From Eledone cirrhosa (lineage: Eukaryota), in NCBI GenBank assembly GCA_964016885.1, contig OZ024741.1, positions 126,790,001 through 126,854,000 on the forward strand: DNA of 64,000 bases, read 5' to 3'. Below, one piece after another: positions 1 through 13,508 of the stretch. The notes beneath the pieces are model-generated. The model saw nothing but the letters and a program-made list of their open reading frames with translations. It had not been told where the DNA came from and made no database searches. The position numbers and the translations under genes were made by a program. Position 1 is the first letter of the stretch. Every line of letters begins with the position of its first letter.

Positions 1-48
1 AAAAACATATAATTTTATAAGGTAAGGAAATAATAAAGGGTATAAAAA

Positions 49-92
49 ATGACCGGTTTCGATGTGTCTGCAAAAGCCATCTTTTCAAATGT
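49..92 (-). ncRNA. Variant minimal hammerhead motif (U3-A8 core)
   Basis: Minus strand reads cat TTGAAAA gatg-gcttttgcagaca-catc GAAA ccgg TC at. Stem II is gatg/catc, stem III is palindromic ACCGGT, stem I is weak. Confidence 0.45.
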
Positions 93-221
93 TGATTAAT
101 ATTAAGAAAAATTAATAATACGAAGAGTTAAAATTTGAGATTTGAAAATTCAAGTATAAAATTCATTGTGGGATTTCATAGTAGTTTTCATCTTGGTCGC
201 AACATGTTGACTGCTGTGTGC

Positions 222-265
<44 letters not shown>

Positions 266-703
266 AGAATATTTTCGACTCCCGTGTACGTCAATACTCA
301 TCTTTTTCCATTTATCCGAGGGTTCTTAACCCCACTATCAGTCTAAATAATTTCTTTAATTTTTTTAGTCAAAATACGGCGATAGCTTACATTTTTAATA
401 ATATATATATATATATAAACTTATTTAAGAGTAGAAAATATCTGTAGAGGATAGATATTTAGCCCATCACTCATCCTGCGAGCCGATATTTATAAAAGAA
501 AACAGGTCGGTCTTTTGATCGAACTATGAAAACTACGTTTCCATTGGTGTTGCCATTGCTTATTCTGTCCGTCACAACTCCAGACAGATGTGTCTTCATT
601 TTTACGACGACATGAGGCAGGATTTAAGCTCAAATCATATATAGATTCGGAACTGATAACACAAAGCATTCTGTACGACGCTTTCGAAATTCTGCTGCTA
701 CAT

Positions 704-785
704 TATTTATCGACCCAGGAAGGATGACAGGTGAAGTTGACCACTAAGACATTTAAACTCACAACTCAGAAATTCTGAACAATCC
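704..785 (-). mobile_element. Degenerate SINE family A fragment
   Basis: tttatcgacccaggaaggatgacaggtgaagttgac matches the core of the better copies, e.g. 44281-44467. Confidence 0.6.
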
Positions 786-1154
786 TACACTCTAAATCTC
801 CCTTACCATGCTCCGGGGAAACGCCTCCTCCATTCTGTCCGCCGGGGCTGTGGGGCGGCCAGCACGTGGGACCACATTTTCTCTCAATACAGCGAGATGG
901 GGAGGGTGAGAGAGATTGAGGCGATGACAGTGGGAGTTCGGCTCTTTCGTGTTCGGACACATTGCACCTGTCATGTAGATCATGTGATATGTTTCCTTAT
1001 ATACTAATTACTCTATCTGTCAACGAGAAACTATGTGAATTAATGAAATTAATAGAGGTCTACTCTTTGTATTGCTGAGGAAAATATTTCCTATTGAACA
1101 CATAACACAAATTATCTAGTCAGGTGCTCTAACAATTGCACCAATCCACTTCTC

Positions 1155-1258
1155 AGGACTGGTACTTTATTTATCGACCCTGAAAGGATGATCTCGGAGA
1201 ATTTTTAACTCAGAACACAAGGACCTGGAACAAATACCATAACTATTTAATCCGGTAG
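1155..1258 (-). mobile_element. Degenerate SINE family A fragment
   Basis: ctggtactttatttatcgaccctgaaaggatga...aactcagaac matches the family A core. Confidence 0.65.
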
Positions 1259-1558
1259 AGGGTTATGATAATAGTAGGATGATAGATTTGTGATGGTGCT
1301 GGTGATGCTGGTAGTGGTAGTTGTTGTTATGAAAGCGATAGTTTAGTCGTGGTATTAGTATGTAGCATTCATGAGGTTGTTGATAATAGGGTGCGTTTGA
1401 TCTTTTCAAAAGGTCTCGCGGTAGTGATGAGGCAGTTTAAGGTTGACTGTCTTTATATTTCAGTTTGAGGTGAAAGCTTGTCCTTTAAACAAGGATTTAG
1501 TATGTGAGTTCTGTTATTTAGTGTGTTATTTTTCTGTACATTTTTCTTTACAATTTCT

Positions 1559-1592
<34 letters not shown>

Positions 1593-2346
1593 CGGTTTCT
1601 AATCCAGGAATAGGACTCTTTTCTTGGAAGTTTGACATCAACCAGGTAATTATATATGTCCGTCTGTATGTATTGGTACAGATATGAATGTCATTGCTGC
1701 ATGTCTGTATGTTTAAAATTATATATTTGCACATATACATATGTTTCTATATCTACACATGTGTATATGCAGTTAGTACATGATAAGTTTGGGGAATGTT
1801 TTACATAATTTTACAATTCCATTAATGGATTGTATTTGAACATATGTATGTAGTGACAAAAGGTAACAACACGAATCAACAAATGAAAGGTTGTTACTTT
1901 CTTTCATTCGCACATTTTGTCTTGCGGAAGTATAAAGTCTTAGGTAGATATTACCTTAAGGTTCTAGAATATAGAAATGCAACGACGGTATTATCCTGGA
2001 TGATAGCGAAGAAAACCAAAGTAAGTTAAATGTAGTGATTAGGAACATTTACAATAGGTGATCAACAAAAAGTGGATATCATCTCTGGGCGAGATGACTG
2101 TGCTACAGAATCTCGAACTATCATTGTAGTTATAAACTGTGTACCAACCCACACGCCGTTAATGATATTAAGAAAGATTCGACCATCAACCTCCTTTGAA
2201 TATAGATCTCAAATCTGGTACCTATGAAGTCTAAATGAACGATATTTACTGAATGGTGTAGTAATAAAGCGTTGAAAACTTTATAGTAAAGGTATTTCTA
2301 TGTGACCTAGATACAGACATGTCTGTTTGGTTGAAGAATTCGTATA

Positions 2347-2510
2347 GTAACATCAGGTTGACGAATATCTTGTGAGTGAAATTTTCTAAACAGAAACAGC
2401 AGAAGCCCATCGAATATGTTTGAAGAGTTTGTTTTGTAACATCGGGTTGACGAATATCTTGTGAGTGAAATGTTGTAAATAGAAACAGCAGAAGTCCATC
2501 GGATATGTTT
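2347..2510. repeat. Tandem duplication, period about 89 bp
   Basis: gtaacatc(a/g)ggttgacgaatatcttgtgagtgaaat...agaaacagcagaag.ccatcg.atatgtttg occurs twice. Confidence 0.85.
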
Positions 2511-3424
2511 GTCCGTGTGTGTGTGTGTGTAACAGTGTCCGTATTTTGTGTGTGTATATATGTCAAATACCATTTGTGAACCATTGTTAGCACATATTTT
2601 TGCCAATTTGCCATTTGAAATGTGTAATTTTAAGCTCAGAAAAGTTTGTTAAAAAAACACACGTACTAGTGTATAAAACGACCCAGCGTTTGTTTTAATT
2701 TATATTTATACACAAAAATATACCCACCTACGCCACCCCACCCCCCGCCGAAAAAAAATATATACAAGGTAACAACGTATGACTTTATGCTAATGCTAGG
2801 GTACTAACAATTCACTCATGGAAAATTGCGTGACAAGCTGGCTTTCCATAAAGTTTTATTGCGCGAGTAATTTGTAGATCTTAAGAAATATTTACTGTCG
2901 AAATGTTACTTTTAATATAACATTCGAGCAGCCTTAACACCATCTTTTATCGAAGTCGAGTAAAATTAATCTGATCTGGATCTTATCTGCATATTAACCA
3001 CGGTGCATATATTTATTTAGTGGAAGAAGGTTAAAAACGCTTAAGAATCTTAAGAATTAATAATTATTTCACTAATGCTTATAAATGGTGACATTCGTTC
3101 GCCGATGGTATATATTTGCAGCTTGCTGGCAGAAGTTAATTGCCTTTAGCTCGTCTTGCCTGTATTTATCGCTCAATTTGAAACAGAACTAGCAATGAAG
3201 CGGCAGTAAGAAAATATATTCAATTTCGTTGAAATACAAGCTGCAACTGGATTTCCGGATTAAATTCGAATTTAGGCTGCAGAAACAAACAACTAAAGCT
3301 TTTATAATTTCGTTTGTAATTAGATTCATTCTTAAGTACAGACAAATACACCGAATGTACCTACATATATATATGCGCGCAAAAGCCACATTGAATATGT
3401 ATATGAATAAATATGGGTATGGAA

Positions 3425-3560
3425 TGGACCTCCGTCGGTTTCGACGATGAGTGGTCTACGTTGTTCGTGAAATTTACATGCTGTTGACTGAGCATTCCAG
3501 AGAAGATTCAGCATGACACACCTTGCGACAATGCTCGCCGTTTGAATAACTGGTACAGAC
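3425..3560 (-). mobile_element. SINE 3' body fragment (family B-like)
   Basis: gacctccgtcggtttcgacgatgagt...gattcagcatgacaca recurs at about 50678-50860 and, inverted, at about 16850-17065 and 55270-55465. Confidence 0.55.
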
Positions 3561-3574
3561 TATCTCTAGTGGCT

Positions 3575-3752
3575 TTACGATATACAGTTGCGTCCCTTTT
3601 CGTTTTGAATTCAAATCCCGCCGAGATTAGCTTTGCCTTTCATCTTTACGGGGTCGATAAAATAAAGAACCAGTAACGCACCGGGGTCATTTCAATCGAC
3701 TTTCCCTTTTCCCAAATTGTTGACCTTGTTTATAAGTTAAAAAAACTATTAT
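3575..3752 (+). mobile_element. SINE family A copy
   Basis: B-box-like attcaaatcc, then gccgag...ctttgcctttcatctttacggggtcgataaaataaag. Confidence 0.8.
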
Positions 3753-4207
3753 AGTGTAAGTTGCTGAGCATTCCACAGACTCATTTAGATTCCACAGTAC
3801 TCAGTATGTAAGGAGGTTGGCTACTTGAATTACTGATAGTCCATCCAACGGTCTTCCGAGCAATTTCCGCCTACCCAATCTCACTTACAGATAGGATCAA
3901 TCCTTGGATCTAATGATTGCGAACCAAACAGTTTAACCACTTGGTGATACGGGTATGAATGTATATGTGCATCTATGTATGTACCATATTCTTGCCTCTG
4001 TCGATGCGTGTCTATGTGTATATCTGAGACAATAAATGTTTCACCTGTCTCATCACTTTTCCTTCTTTTTCTCTCTTTCTCACTCTTTCATATATTGTTA
4101 ATACACACACACACACACACACACTATGTAGCTGACGGACGAGAGAAAAGAGTACTCAATACCGCAGTAGAGTTTAATTATTCATTTATTAGCACTAAGT
4201 AATGAGT

Positions 4208-4252
4208 CTTGTTTCAGAGTTTCACCTTTACACTCACAAGATCATCAGACAA

Positions 4253-4253
<1 letters not shown>
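4208..4253 (-). ncRNA. Degenerate hammerhead motif
   Basis: cttgt CTGATGA tctt...aaggt GAAA ctctga aacaag. Stem I is cttgt/acaag, but the cleavage triplet is non-canonical. Confidence 0.4.
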
Positions 4254-4285
<32 letters not shown>

Positions 4286-4290
<5 letters not shown>

Positions 4291-4738
4291 TAAATCTACC
4301 AATCAATAGTAGGGTCTAAACCGTATGAAGAACTAAATGTAATCCGTATGTAGAAGATGTCGTGAAGCGAAGTTTAAAATACAAAATGTTCAACGATATA
4401 ATTCATTGGATACAGAGTCAGTCAAAAATAGAAATATTAAAACAATGAAATTAAACACAAAACGGTTAATTCATAGTAAAACTCATTATTTTACGATCGT
4501 TTCTGGGGGTTAGTTCCCCGTATGTCCATTCAATTATTGATCTATGTAAAATATTACAAACTATCATAGTAAGAAAAAATACATAAATACATATTTTTTC
4601 TTACTATGATATTTTGTAATATTTTACATAGATCACTAATTGAATGGACATACGGGGAACTACCCCCCCCCCCTACAGAAACGATCGTAAAATAATGAGT
4701 TTTACTATGAATTAACCGTTTTGTGTTTAATTTCATTG

Positions 4739-4746
<8 letters not shown>
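4286..4746. mobile_element. Foldback element in (TA)n; palindrome 4434-4746
   Basis: Arms of about 150 bp are reverse complements, centred near 4590. A related family copy lies at 19618-20146. Confidence 0.85.
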
Positions 4747-4788
<42 letters not shown>

Positions 4789-5997
4789 CCTTTGGGTACA
4801 AGCGAATGAAATAAGAAATCAACACATAATTTTGTAGTTGAGTGTATATTTATTTATAGTTTAACTTATTTTTGCATTACTCTTTCGCATACGATCAAAA
4901 ATATAAATGAAATTTCATATAAATGAGCCAGCCCTATTTATAGCCACAAATCCGTTTGGTAATGCAAAAGTATATCGAACAGTTTAAACAGCACTGTCCG
5001 TCGGAACTGGCTGACGTTCAACATACATTGACATAAATAGCGACCTCTATAAAGATCTCTCATAATGGTAGTTAACTCTTGAAGAAGAAACAAATATGCT
5101 TTTATTCTGCAGACAAAATTGTGGAAAGTATGCTTACACTTCATCTTTTTCACAGCGAGACTTCGAATTAAAAAAGAAAATACCAATATCACGCTGTTTT
5201 ATGTTGTAGTTCTAAGAGGGTTAAAGAAATTGTAACTGCAGTAGTAAAGAATTAAGTAAACCACAGGAATTGTTTTCTCACCCGTTTCATGTGTACTAAT
5301 CTTGGCTTACGGGAATATTTTGCTCTATCACCATATCTACTTCTAAAGATGGCTTCATTATAATTATAGCATATATCCTTAAATGAAGATGGACTCTCCA
5401 CTGTTTTGATTCTCCACATTCAGTTGTTCTATCAATAATAAACGTCCGACTCATTAATTAACGTATAAGTGGTTAAGTATTCCACAAACATATCTATCTC
5501 CCTCAGCCTGATCAGTGTGACACAATATGTGACTAGCCAGGACATTTGATATACAGGTGGAAACCATTCGACAGGTTTCCACAGGATAGAGTAGACAGTC
5601 ATGGTGAGCCATTTTAAACTGACTTCTTAATAATGGTTTGGACATCATTCGACGATTTGTGCTTGTGTCGGTCTCATAAAACATTTGTGCTTCAGTGGGT
5701 CTCATAAAACATTTGCATTGAGAGATTTTTTTTTTACTTCAGAAAACCAGAGACGATGGCTCTCGAATGTGGTTCGTTTGAAAATGAGAACTGAATTTTT
5801 TAAGAAATATCGAACACACGAATAAATATATATATATATATATATAAAAGAAATAGGATTTCGCTTCAAGCATAGCTTTATAAAATATGTATAAATATTT
5901 CGCATCTCCAAAGGAATACGGTTTTAGGAAGCCGTAGCTATGCAAACACCGGGGGGCTAACGCCCTCTGGTGATGTCCAGCAGAAGCAAGGGGGACA

Positions 5998-6041
5998 ACC
6001 GACTATGCATTTCAGGTTTAACTGGCCTTCGTCAGGACGGT
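5998..6041 (-). ncRNA. Minimal type-I hammerhead ribozyme
   Basis: accgtc CTGACGA agg-ccagttaaa-cct GAAA tgca TA gtcggt, with palindromic stem III ATGCAT. Confidence 0.8.
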
Positions 6042-6126
6042 CCCTCCCACCGCGTGCGACTGCTGGACTAGAAAACAGGTGAGAATATATACTTTTCTCG
6101 TCTGTGTAAATGAGGTGATTAATCTC

Positions 6127-6134
6127 ATTTGCAT
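6127..6134 (-). promoter_or_regulatory. Octamer ATGCAAAT with downstream gaaaagTATATA, upstream of HHR
   Basis: Exact octamer 92 nt upstream of the HHR core, with a TATA-like box about 35 nt after it. Confidence 0.45.
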
Positions 6135-6210
6135 AAGAAGCTGCATAAGTTGGCTCAACTTATAATAAAAAAGAAATAGGATTTCGCTTCAAGCATAGCT
6201 TTATACAATA

Positions 6211-7222
6211 CTAGCAGTAAAGCCCGGCGTTGCTCGGGGTCGCTCAGTAGCTGTGTTAAAGTTACAATGTTAAGTTTCTTTCTTGGCTTAAAAACTGTAG
6301 TGTCTACTGTGCAGACTTGCATGTGGTGTTTTTGATTAATATTCCCTCAACCAACAATATGCCTTATGAAGTTAAGAAAACATAACGATAACCCGAATGT
6401 TATAACAAAAGAGGATGCTGGGGATAGAAACTGCACTGGTTATTTATTAACAAAGATCGAAAATGTAAACACTGCAACGCAGAGAAAAACATTAGCGTAA
6501 CCAAATTATCAGTTATGTCTGTCTGCACGCCTATATCACCTCTCTGCACGACTGTCTGTCTGCACGCCTATATCACCTCTCTGCACGACTGTCTGTCTGC
6601 ACGCCTATATCACCTCTCTGCACGACTATCTGTCTGCACGCGTATATCACCTCTCTGCACGACTGTCTGTCTGCACGACTGTCTGTCTGCACGACTGTCT
6701 GTCTGCACGACTGTCTGTCTGCACGACTGTCTGTCTGCACGACTGTCTGTCTGCCGCCTAACGACGAAATATTTGCTTGTTTTACGTAGTCTTTAAATAG
6801 ACTTGTTTTCAAGTAAAAATATTGTTTTAAAATGCTTTTAAATGGAAATGAAGCAAAACGGAAGCTTAGTGTTCGAACTGATGAATTTTGCAGGTCAATA
6901 TTTTGCTGGCTCGACAACTGTTCGTGTATTGTGTTAATGTCATTTTAAACGCTGAGAAAGCCAGCGTAATTTTTTACGTAAGACGCTCAATGTAAACAGA
7001 ACAAAGGGAAATAACTGATAACTTACGCTCAAAAATCGATACATTATATTCGATTTCGTCACATAGGGTGGGTCAATTTGAAATATTTTTTTTTCGATGT
7101 CTTCGCTAAGGGCTCAATGTACAAGTATAGCAATTTCGATGCAATTCCGTCAGAGATTCTAAGAGGAGATGTGTGCCAAAAATCGATAGACAGACAGACA
7201 ACCACAGTTTTATATATATAGA
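6211..7222 (-). mobile_element. Non-autonomous Helitron
   Basis: The minus strand starts TC(tatatata..., GTCT repeats) and ends with the hairpin cccgagcaacgccggg then CTAG. It is inserted at A|T with no TSD, and excision restores the host repeat (compare 5876-5910). Confidence 0.85.
6517..6753. repeat. Minisatellite inside Helitron (16-bp ctgcacgactgtctgt and longer composite units)
   Basis: Directly visible tandem repeats. Confidence 0.9.
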
Positions 7223-7560
7223 TGTATAATATTTCGTATCTCCAAAGAAATACGGTTTTAGGAAGCCGTAGCTATGCAAACACCGGTGGGCTAACGCCCT
7301 CTGGTGATATATATATATATATTTATAGTAATAATAATAAATTTGAAGACTAAAATCCAAAGATTCTTTGCTTAAACTTTAATCCGTTATTTTAATAAAT
7401 ATATATATATATATTGTTATACTTTGGGAGGGTCATGTTGCCAATAAGAAACACACGCACCAATAGCTTTCACTTCAATTTATTATATATTTATAAATTT
7501 ATAAATTTATAAATTTCTGGTTGGTTGGTTGGTTCCACAACCAGATAGTTGTTTATATAT

Positions 7561-7605
7561 AGTCATAGTTCTTTCGTCACACACTCTGTGACCTCTTCAG
7601 TGACT
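7561..7605 (-). ncRNA. Minimal hammerhead ribozyme (inverted arm copy)
   Basis: Reverse complement of 8660-8704. Confidence 0.75.
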
Positions 7606-7951
7606 GGGGATTCCTTTCTTTGTTTCTGTGCCTCTCCTTTGTTCTGTCCTACGCCATTTTGTTTCTGTGTGTGTGTTGTGTGCTCAGTCTGCGCATGCGC
7701 CACATCCGGGTGTCTGTGTGTGTTTATGTTCATTTATTTATTTGTTTATTTACATGTTACTGGTTGGTTGTTTGTTCTATGTGTGTGTGTGTGTTTTCAT
7801 TTTGTTCTTAATTGTAAGTTGTGATGTTGCTGTTCCACTCATATTTTCTATTTAATTTTGGTTGTAATTCTTTTATGTTTATTGCCTCTGTAATTTGTCT
7901 AAACATTGCGTCTTTTCTGTGTGTAGATTCTATTTTTATTTCTATGTTCTC

Positions 7952-8459
7952 GAATTAGATAACAAATTTAGAAGGGCCCTAAATAAACATAAACTCAATA
8001 TTAAGATAGTAGAAAGACCAGGTACCTCCGTAAAAACACTTATTAGCAAGACATACCCTTTTCAAAGACCCTCATGTATAGATAAGAAATGTATAACCTG
8101 TAAAATAAGCCCCCATATTAACTGTAAAACTAGAAATGTAGTGTATAGCATAAGATGTACTGAAGGACAATGTAGAGACAAAAATATAGTGTACATAGGT
8201 GAGACAGCTCGTAGTGTAGGGGAACGGATAAATGAACACTGGCGAGACCATCAAGATAATAAAGAATCATCTGTACTCTACCAACATGCTAAAGATAGAA
8301 CACAAGGGTAAATTAGAGAACATAGAAATAAAAATAGAATCTACACACAGAAAAGACGCAATGTTTAGACAAATTACAGAGGCAATAAACATAAAAGAAT
8401 TACAACCAAAATTAAATAGAAAATATGAGTGGAACAGCAACATCACAACTTACAATTAA
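7952..8459 (+). pseudogene. GIY-YIG endonuclease remnant (Penelope/Poseidon-like), frameshifted near 8300
   Basis: VVY...YIG-E-T-x-R motif, upstream CxxC cluster, C-terminal E...LN. Confidence 0.85.
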
Positions 8460-8659
8460 GAACAAAATGAAAACAGACACACACATAGAACAAACAACCA
8501 ACCAGTAACATGTAAATAAACAAATAAATAAATGAACATAAACACACACAGACACCCGGATGTGGCGCATGCGCAGACTGATCACACAACACACACACAG
8601 AAACAAAATGGCGTAGGACAGAACAAAGGAGAGGCACATAAACAAAGGAAGGAATCCCC

Positions 8660-8704
8660 AGTCACTGAAGAGGTCACAGAGTGTGTGACGAAAGAACTAT
8701 GACT
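8660..8704 (+). ncRNA. Minimal hammerhead ribozyme in PLE 3' region
   Basis: agtca CTGAAGA g gtcaca-gagtg-tgtgac GAAA gaac TA tgact. Confidence 0.8.
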
Positions 8705-8905
8705 ATATATAAACAACTATCTGGTTGTGGAACCAACCAACCAGAAATTTATAAATTTATAAATTTATAAATATATAATAAATTGAAGTGAATGCACTGG
8801 TGCGTGTGTTTCTTATTGGCAACATGACCCTCCCAAAGTATAACAATTACGGTTTCAACACACGATTTCAGATAAAGAATCTTGCTAAACAAATTCAGAA
8901 ACGAA

Positions 8906-9372
<467 letters not shown>

Positions 9373-9451
9373 TATATATTTATATATATAAATTGTTCAA
9401 GTATAATCAATAAAGACCTCAATGTGAAACCTTGCTTTGTTCTTAATATAT

Positions 9452-9559
<108 letters not shown>

Positions 9560-9712
9560 TATATACACTGTTTTTTAATTATATTATTCAAATACATTCA
9601 TAGGAAATTACATATATATGTATATGCATATGAGAGAGGCAGACAGACAGAGAGATGTATTTGTAAACATATAAACATAACGCTTACTACTATGTTATTG
9701 TTATTCAAACAC

Positions 9713-9760
<48 letters not shown>

Positions 9761-10364
9761 TTATGTGTGTGTGTGTGTGTATGTGTATATATATATGTGT
9801 GTGTGTATGTATGAGTGTATGTGTATGCATACATATATGCATACATACATATATACAGAGAGTAAGAAAGGGGTGATTTACTTGTATATATTTCTAAACA
9901 TAAAATAGGAAATGTATCTGCTTTAAATATAAAAGAAAATCCGAAGTATTTGCCGCTTATTGTTACAATAGTATTTATATAAGGTATTTACTTGGATATT
10001 AAGTTTGCTTTATATTTAAAACCAAACTCGTCCAGTCGTAAAGCTACAATACCAATTTCACAAAAGCTGTCCTGGCAAAGGCATATTATCAATTGGAATG
10101 TCTTTATGTTAACATGCAGCTGCAGCAGGAAAAACCCAGTGCTTCGATGCATCATTCATCAGATTTGATTATTTGCACGGATAATAGTTCGTTCCACAAA
10201 ACTTCTTCCACATCTAAGATCTTTCATAATAGCTATTTATTATTCATACCTGACGTGACACATCACGTTAAGAAATATAGCTTGAATATGAATTATCGAC
10301 AAAAGATGTCGTACACCGTTAATATGACATTAAAGACCAAGAATAATCTATAGAAGCACATTTG

Positions 10365-10650
10365 CGGAGACGCATTGTCTAGTGGTAAGGGAGGTAGACT
10401 TACGATCATAATGCTGTGGGGTCGATTCATAGACTTGGTTGTGTCTTGATCAAAGCACTTCGTTTCACGTTATTCCAATAATATACTCATCTGAAAAAGA
10501 GTAGCAACAATAACTAGGGGTTTAACACTGCGATGAACTGGTGTTCTGTCCAGGAGGGGAGAGTATTCTGTTTCAATCGTTTAACCCCAAGGAAACCAGG
10601 ATAAACACCGGCCTGGTGAGCTTCCGGGCTCGATACAGATTTGACACTGT
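10365..10650 (+). mobile_element. tRNA-derived SINE family B (diverged)
   Basis: ctagtggtaagg...ggtcgattc...cttgatcaaagcacttcgtttcacgtt. Confidence 0.65.
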
Positions 10651-10759
10651 TCGCCATATGCATTGCATAGAAATAGAAATAACCTTACCATAGACAGAAT
10701 GGTTATAAATAATTTAAAGGATATTTCGTTCTTATTTAGCCTTCTTATTAGATGGATTT

Positions 10760-10900
10760 AAGGCAGAGAATTGGTAGAGTCGTTAGAACGTTGGATAGAA
10801 TGCTTTACAGTATTCGTTTGGGCCCTCTGAGTTTAAATCTCGCCGTCAACCTTGCCTTTTATCAATACGAGGTCGATAAAAAAAAGTACCAGTCTAGTAC
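10760..10900 (+). mobile_element. SINE family A copy
   Basis: tgagtttaaatctcgccgtcaaccttgccttttatc...gtcgataaaaaaaagtaccag. Confidence 0.7.
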
Positions 10901-10994
10901 TGCAAAATATTTTTCTGACATTCTAACGACTGTGCCAAGTCACCAATTTTATTAGAACAACCAATAAATACTTTATTTTGTATGAAAGTTATTT

Positions 10995-11335
10995 TTTCTT
11001 CATCTTCGCCCACGTTTTCTTGGAAGAGTTGTCATGGCAGAGTCATCAAACACTCCTTCCAGCATCCTGTCAGAAGTAACTATCTCCAATTGATTTTGAT
11101 GGATCCAGAAACTAGACCAGCCAAGCTCATGGATGTTATCCAATCATTTTGCTCGGGGTCTACTCCTGGGTCTCCTGCCGGTTGGCTTTGCCCCTAAAAT
11201 GTGTACAGTGGTTCTTTCCTAAGACATTCTAACCACATGTCGGTAGTATCGGAGCTGTGATCTCTCAATTCGGAGAAGTAGCGGTTCTACCTGGGGCAAC
11301 TATTTAATCTCCGAGCTAGGCGTTACATTACGAAT
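10995..11335 (-). mobile_element. RTE-clade LINE 3' fragment
   Basis: Homologous to 53800-54045 (gtagaaccgctacttctccgaattgaga; GRRPRSRPR-like region). Confidence 0.7.
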
Positions 11336-11716
11336 AAGCAGATTAAATTAAAGAATGGGAAATTCCCCATGTGTGCTCTCTGCATGGTGAGCATGTAGTT
11401 AGGTGCCCCGGCAGCCATACTTAAGAAGATGAATCGAAAGCTATTTAATTGATATTATAACTGTAATAAGAATAAATGTCATTATCGCTAGAAATGGAGA
11501 ATATTCCTCCAATATCAACATTTCAGTCTTATTAAATATTCTCAGGGAATCAGAGTTCACTCACAGTTTTTAAGATTTCAGAAAGACTGAGATATATATA
11601 TATAATATTTCGTGTGAGAATTGTACATTAGTTAGGCATATTAAATTAAAAGAATTGGGAAATTTCTCTAGCTGCCTTCTTCATAAAGAGCATAGAACTT
11701 TAGTGCAGGTTATTAT

Positions 11717-11903
11717 GGTGGATTGGCAGTATCGGTAGAGGGTTGGACGCCATGCTTTCCAGCATAGTTACGTCCCTTTACGATCTGAGTTCAAATCCCG
11801 CCGAGGTTGACTTTGCCTTTCATCCTTACGGGGTCGATAAAATAAAGTACCAGTAATGCACTGGGTCATTGCTGGCCTTGTGCCTAAAGTAGAAACAATT
11901 ATA
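11717..11903 (+). mobile_element. Full-length SINE family A
   Basis: ggtggattggcagtatcggtagag head, B box gagttcaaatcc, tail aaagtagaaacaattat. Near-identical to 24251-24436. Confidence 0.9.
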
Positions 11904-12199
11904 TTAATACTAATCTATTCTTTTATTTTTTTACTGGATTAAGACATTAGACATGGGTTACCTGAGAGCACCACCTTAAATGAATTTATTCAATTGCATT
12001 AACACAGCAATCACGTTTTCTTATCTGGTACTTATCTCATTGATGTCCTCGTATTGAACTACTCATGGGGTACAAACATTAACTCTCTCCCTCTCTCTCT
12101 CACTGACACACACACACACACACACGCACATACATACACAAACACACTTATATATATATATATATACATACATGATGTCTGCAGCTCGATTTTGTGTAT

Positions 12200-12710
12200 T
12201 GCCATCGCTTGATACTTAAGAATGAGCAACACGAACGTGGCTTTTTAGCCCTGCTAGGGACTTGCCTTTGGTTAGTAAAATCATGCATCGCAAAAAATGT
12301 CACATATCAAGTGATGCCTGTGATTGAAGCTTTTTTAATAAAGGAAAGGCTTTACACGGGGCCAAAGAAACCCACAAAACTGGCAGGCCCAAGGCGACCC
12401 ACATCAAATGGGGAGTTTTGGTGAATAAGGACGTCAGGACCAGGTATGCAGATATTATTGCATTCAAATTAAGAGAACTCCCTGAGCAAGCTGAAGTCGT
12501 TGAGACAGGGTGGAGATTGTTCAGCGCAGCAGTTTCTACTTCAGCTGTTAAGGGCTGTGGGCGAAAGAGGTCAAAGATGGCATACGAGCAAAGAAAAAGG
12601 CCTTCAAATCTTGATACTTGAGCATGAACATCACGGACGTGGCTTTTTAATCCTGCTAGGGACTTGGCTATGGCCAGCAATACCATGCATCGCAAAAAAT
12701 GTCAAATATC
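12200..12710 (+). mobile_element. Possible LINE (RTE-like) internal fragment bracketed by about 105-bp direct repeats
   Basis: KLRELPEQAEVVETGWRLFSAAVSTSAVKGCG resembles the APE-RT linker. cttgatactt...gcatcgcaaaaaatgtca is repeated at about 12208 and 12610. Confidence 0.4.
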
Positions 12711-13062
12711 CAGCTAATCCCACTCTCTGAACATCGAATACATTTACCCAAAAAATTAGAACTGGTCTACATCATTGGATACAAACGAAGTCGTAAGTTT
12801 CATATCAGGGTGACCTTCTCCTAGAGAGATGTCTTACTGAAGACGAGGAGTCTCACGCTAAAAAAAACTTTATTAGAAGGCCTTTGACTTTCCTGAATTC
12901 CTTTTATGTCAAATCGCTCTTCAGTGCTACTGGTAACATGTAACCCAGTACAACCTGTGTATGGCCGGGTCATCGGCGACTAAACTGGCAATACCACCAA
13001 ATTTGCTTGATGAGGGGTGTGATTTGGACACCCTACGGCATGAAAAACAAAACCCGTCAAAA

Positions 13063-13097
<35 letters not shown>

Positions 13098-13109
13098 GTA
13101 TGTATATAT

Positions 13110-13465
13110 ATATAGGAAAATGTATGACCCCGACGGCAGAGCTCAAGGAGTTTAGACGGCTATTTGTGGACAGAAATAGCCGGTCCAAACGGCTTGAACT
13201 CTGTCGTCGGGGTCATACATTTTCCTATTACCCACCGTTATATATATAACTCCTCCGTTATATATATATATATATATATATAACGAAGGAAATATGATAA
13301 GGAACCAGATGGACCATAACGCACCAAAGTACTCAATACTTAGGGTAGTAGAGTGGGTAATAGGAACAAGTATGACCCCGACGGCAGAGCTCAATCCGTT
13401 TCGACGGCTAATCCATAATTAGCCGTCGAAACGGCTTGAGCTCTGCCGTCGGGTTCATACTTGTT

Positions 13466-13470
<5 letters not shown>
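13110..13470. mobile_element. Two foldbacks made of the 3' end of the Nematis-like PLE family
   Basis: Palindromes at 13112-13229 and about 13360-13470. The sequence matches 57165-57300 and 59870-59928. Confidence 0.8.

Positions 13471-13508
<38 letters not shown>

Larger units (their letters stand above)
5845..7307 (-). mobile_element. Retrozyme-like element: about 323-bp unit plus partial tandem copy, the second copy split by a Helitron
   Basis: 5845-5973 is repeated as 6168-6210 + 7223-7307. The element is flanked by (TA)n and contains an HHR (5998-6041) and an octamer (6127-6134). Confidence 0.7.
7413..8847 (+). mobile_element. 5'-truncated Penelope-like element with inverted 3' copy (arms 7413-7951 and 8316-8847)
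   Basis: ORF remnant CKTRNVVYSIRC...VYIGETARSVGERINEH...EAINIKELQPKLN is a PLE C-terminal GIY-YIG. It has about 535-bp inverted arms, HHRs in both arms and TA flanks. Confidence 0.9.

Noticed and set aside
4786-5224. piggyBac-like MITE (cccc...ggggttaa)
   Set aside because: The terminal match is only about 4 bp, with no TTAA on the left and no convincing TIR.
5454-5705. 83-aa ORF as a host exon or transposase piece
   Set aside because: No recognisable motif or splice context could be found.
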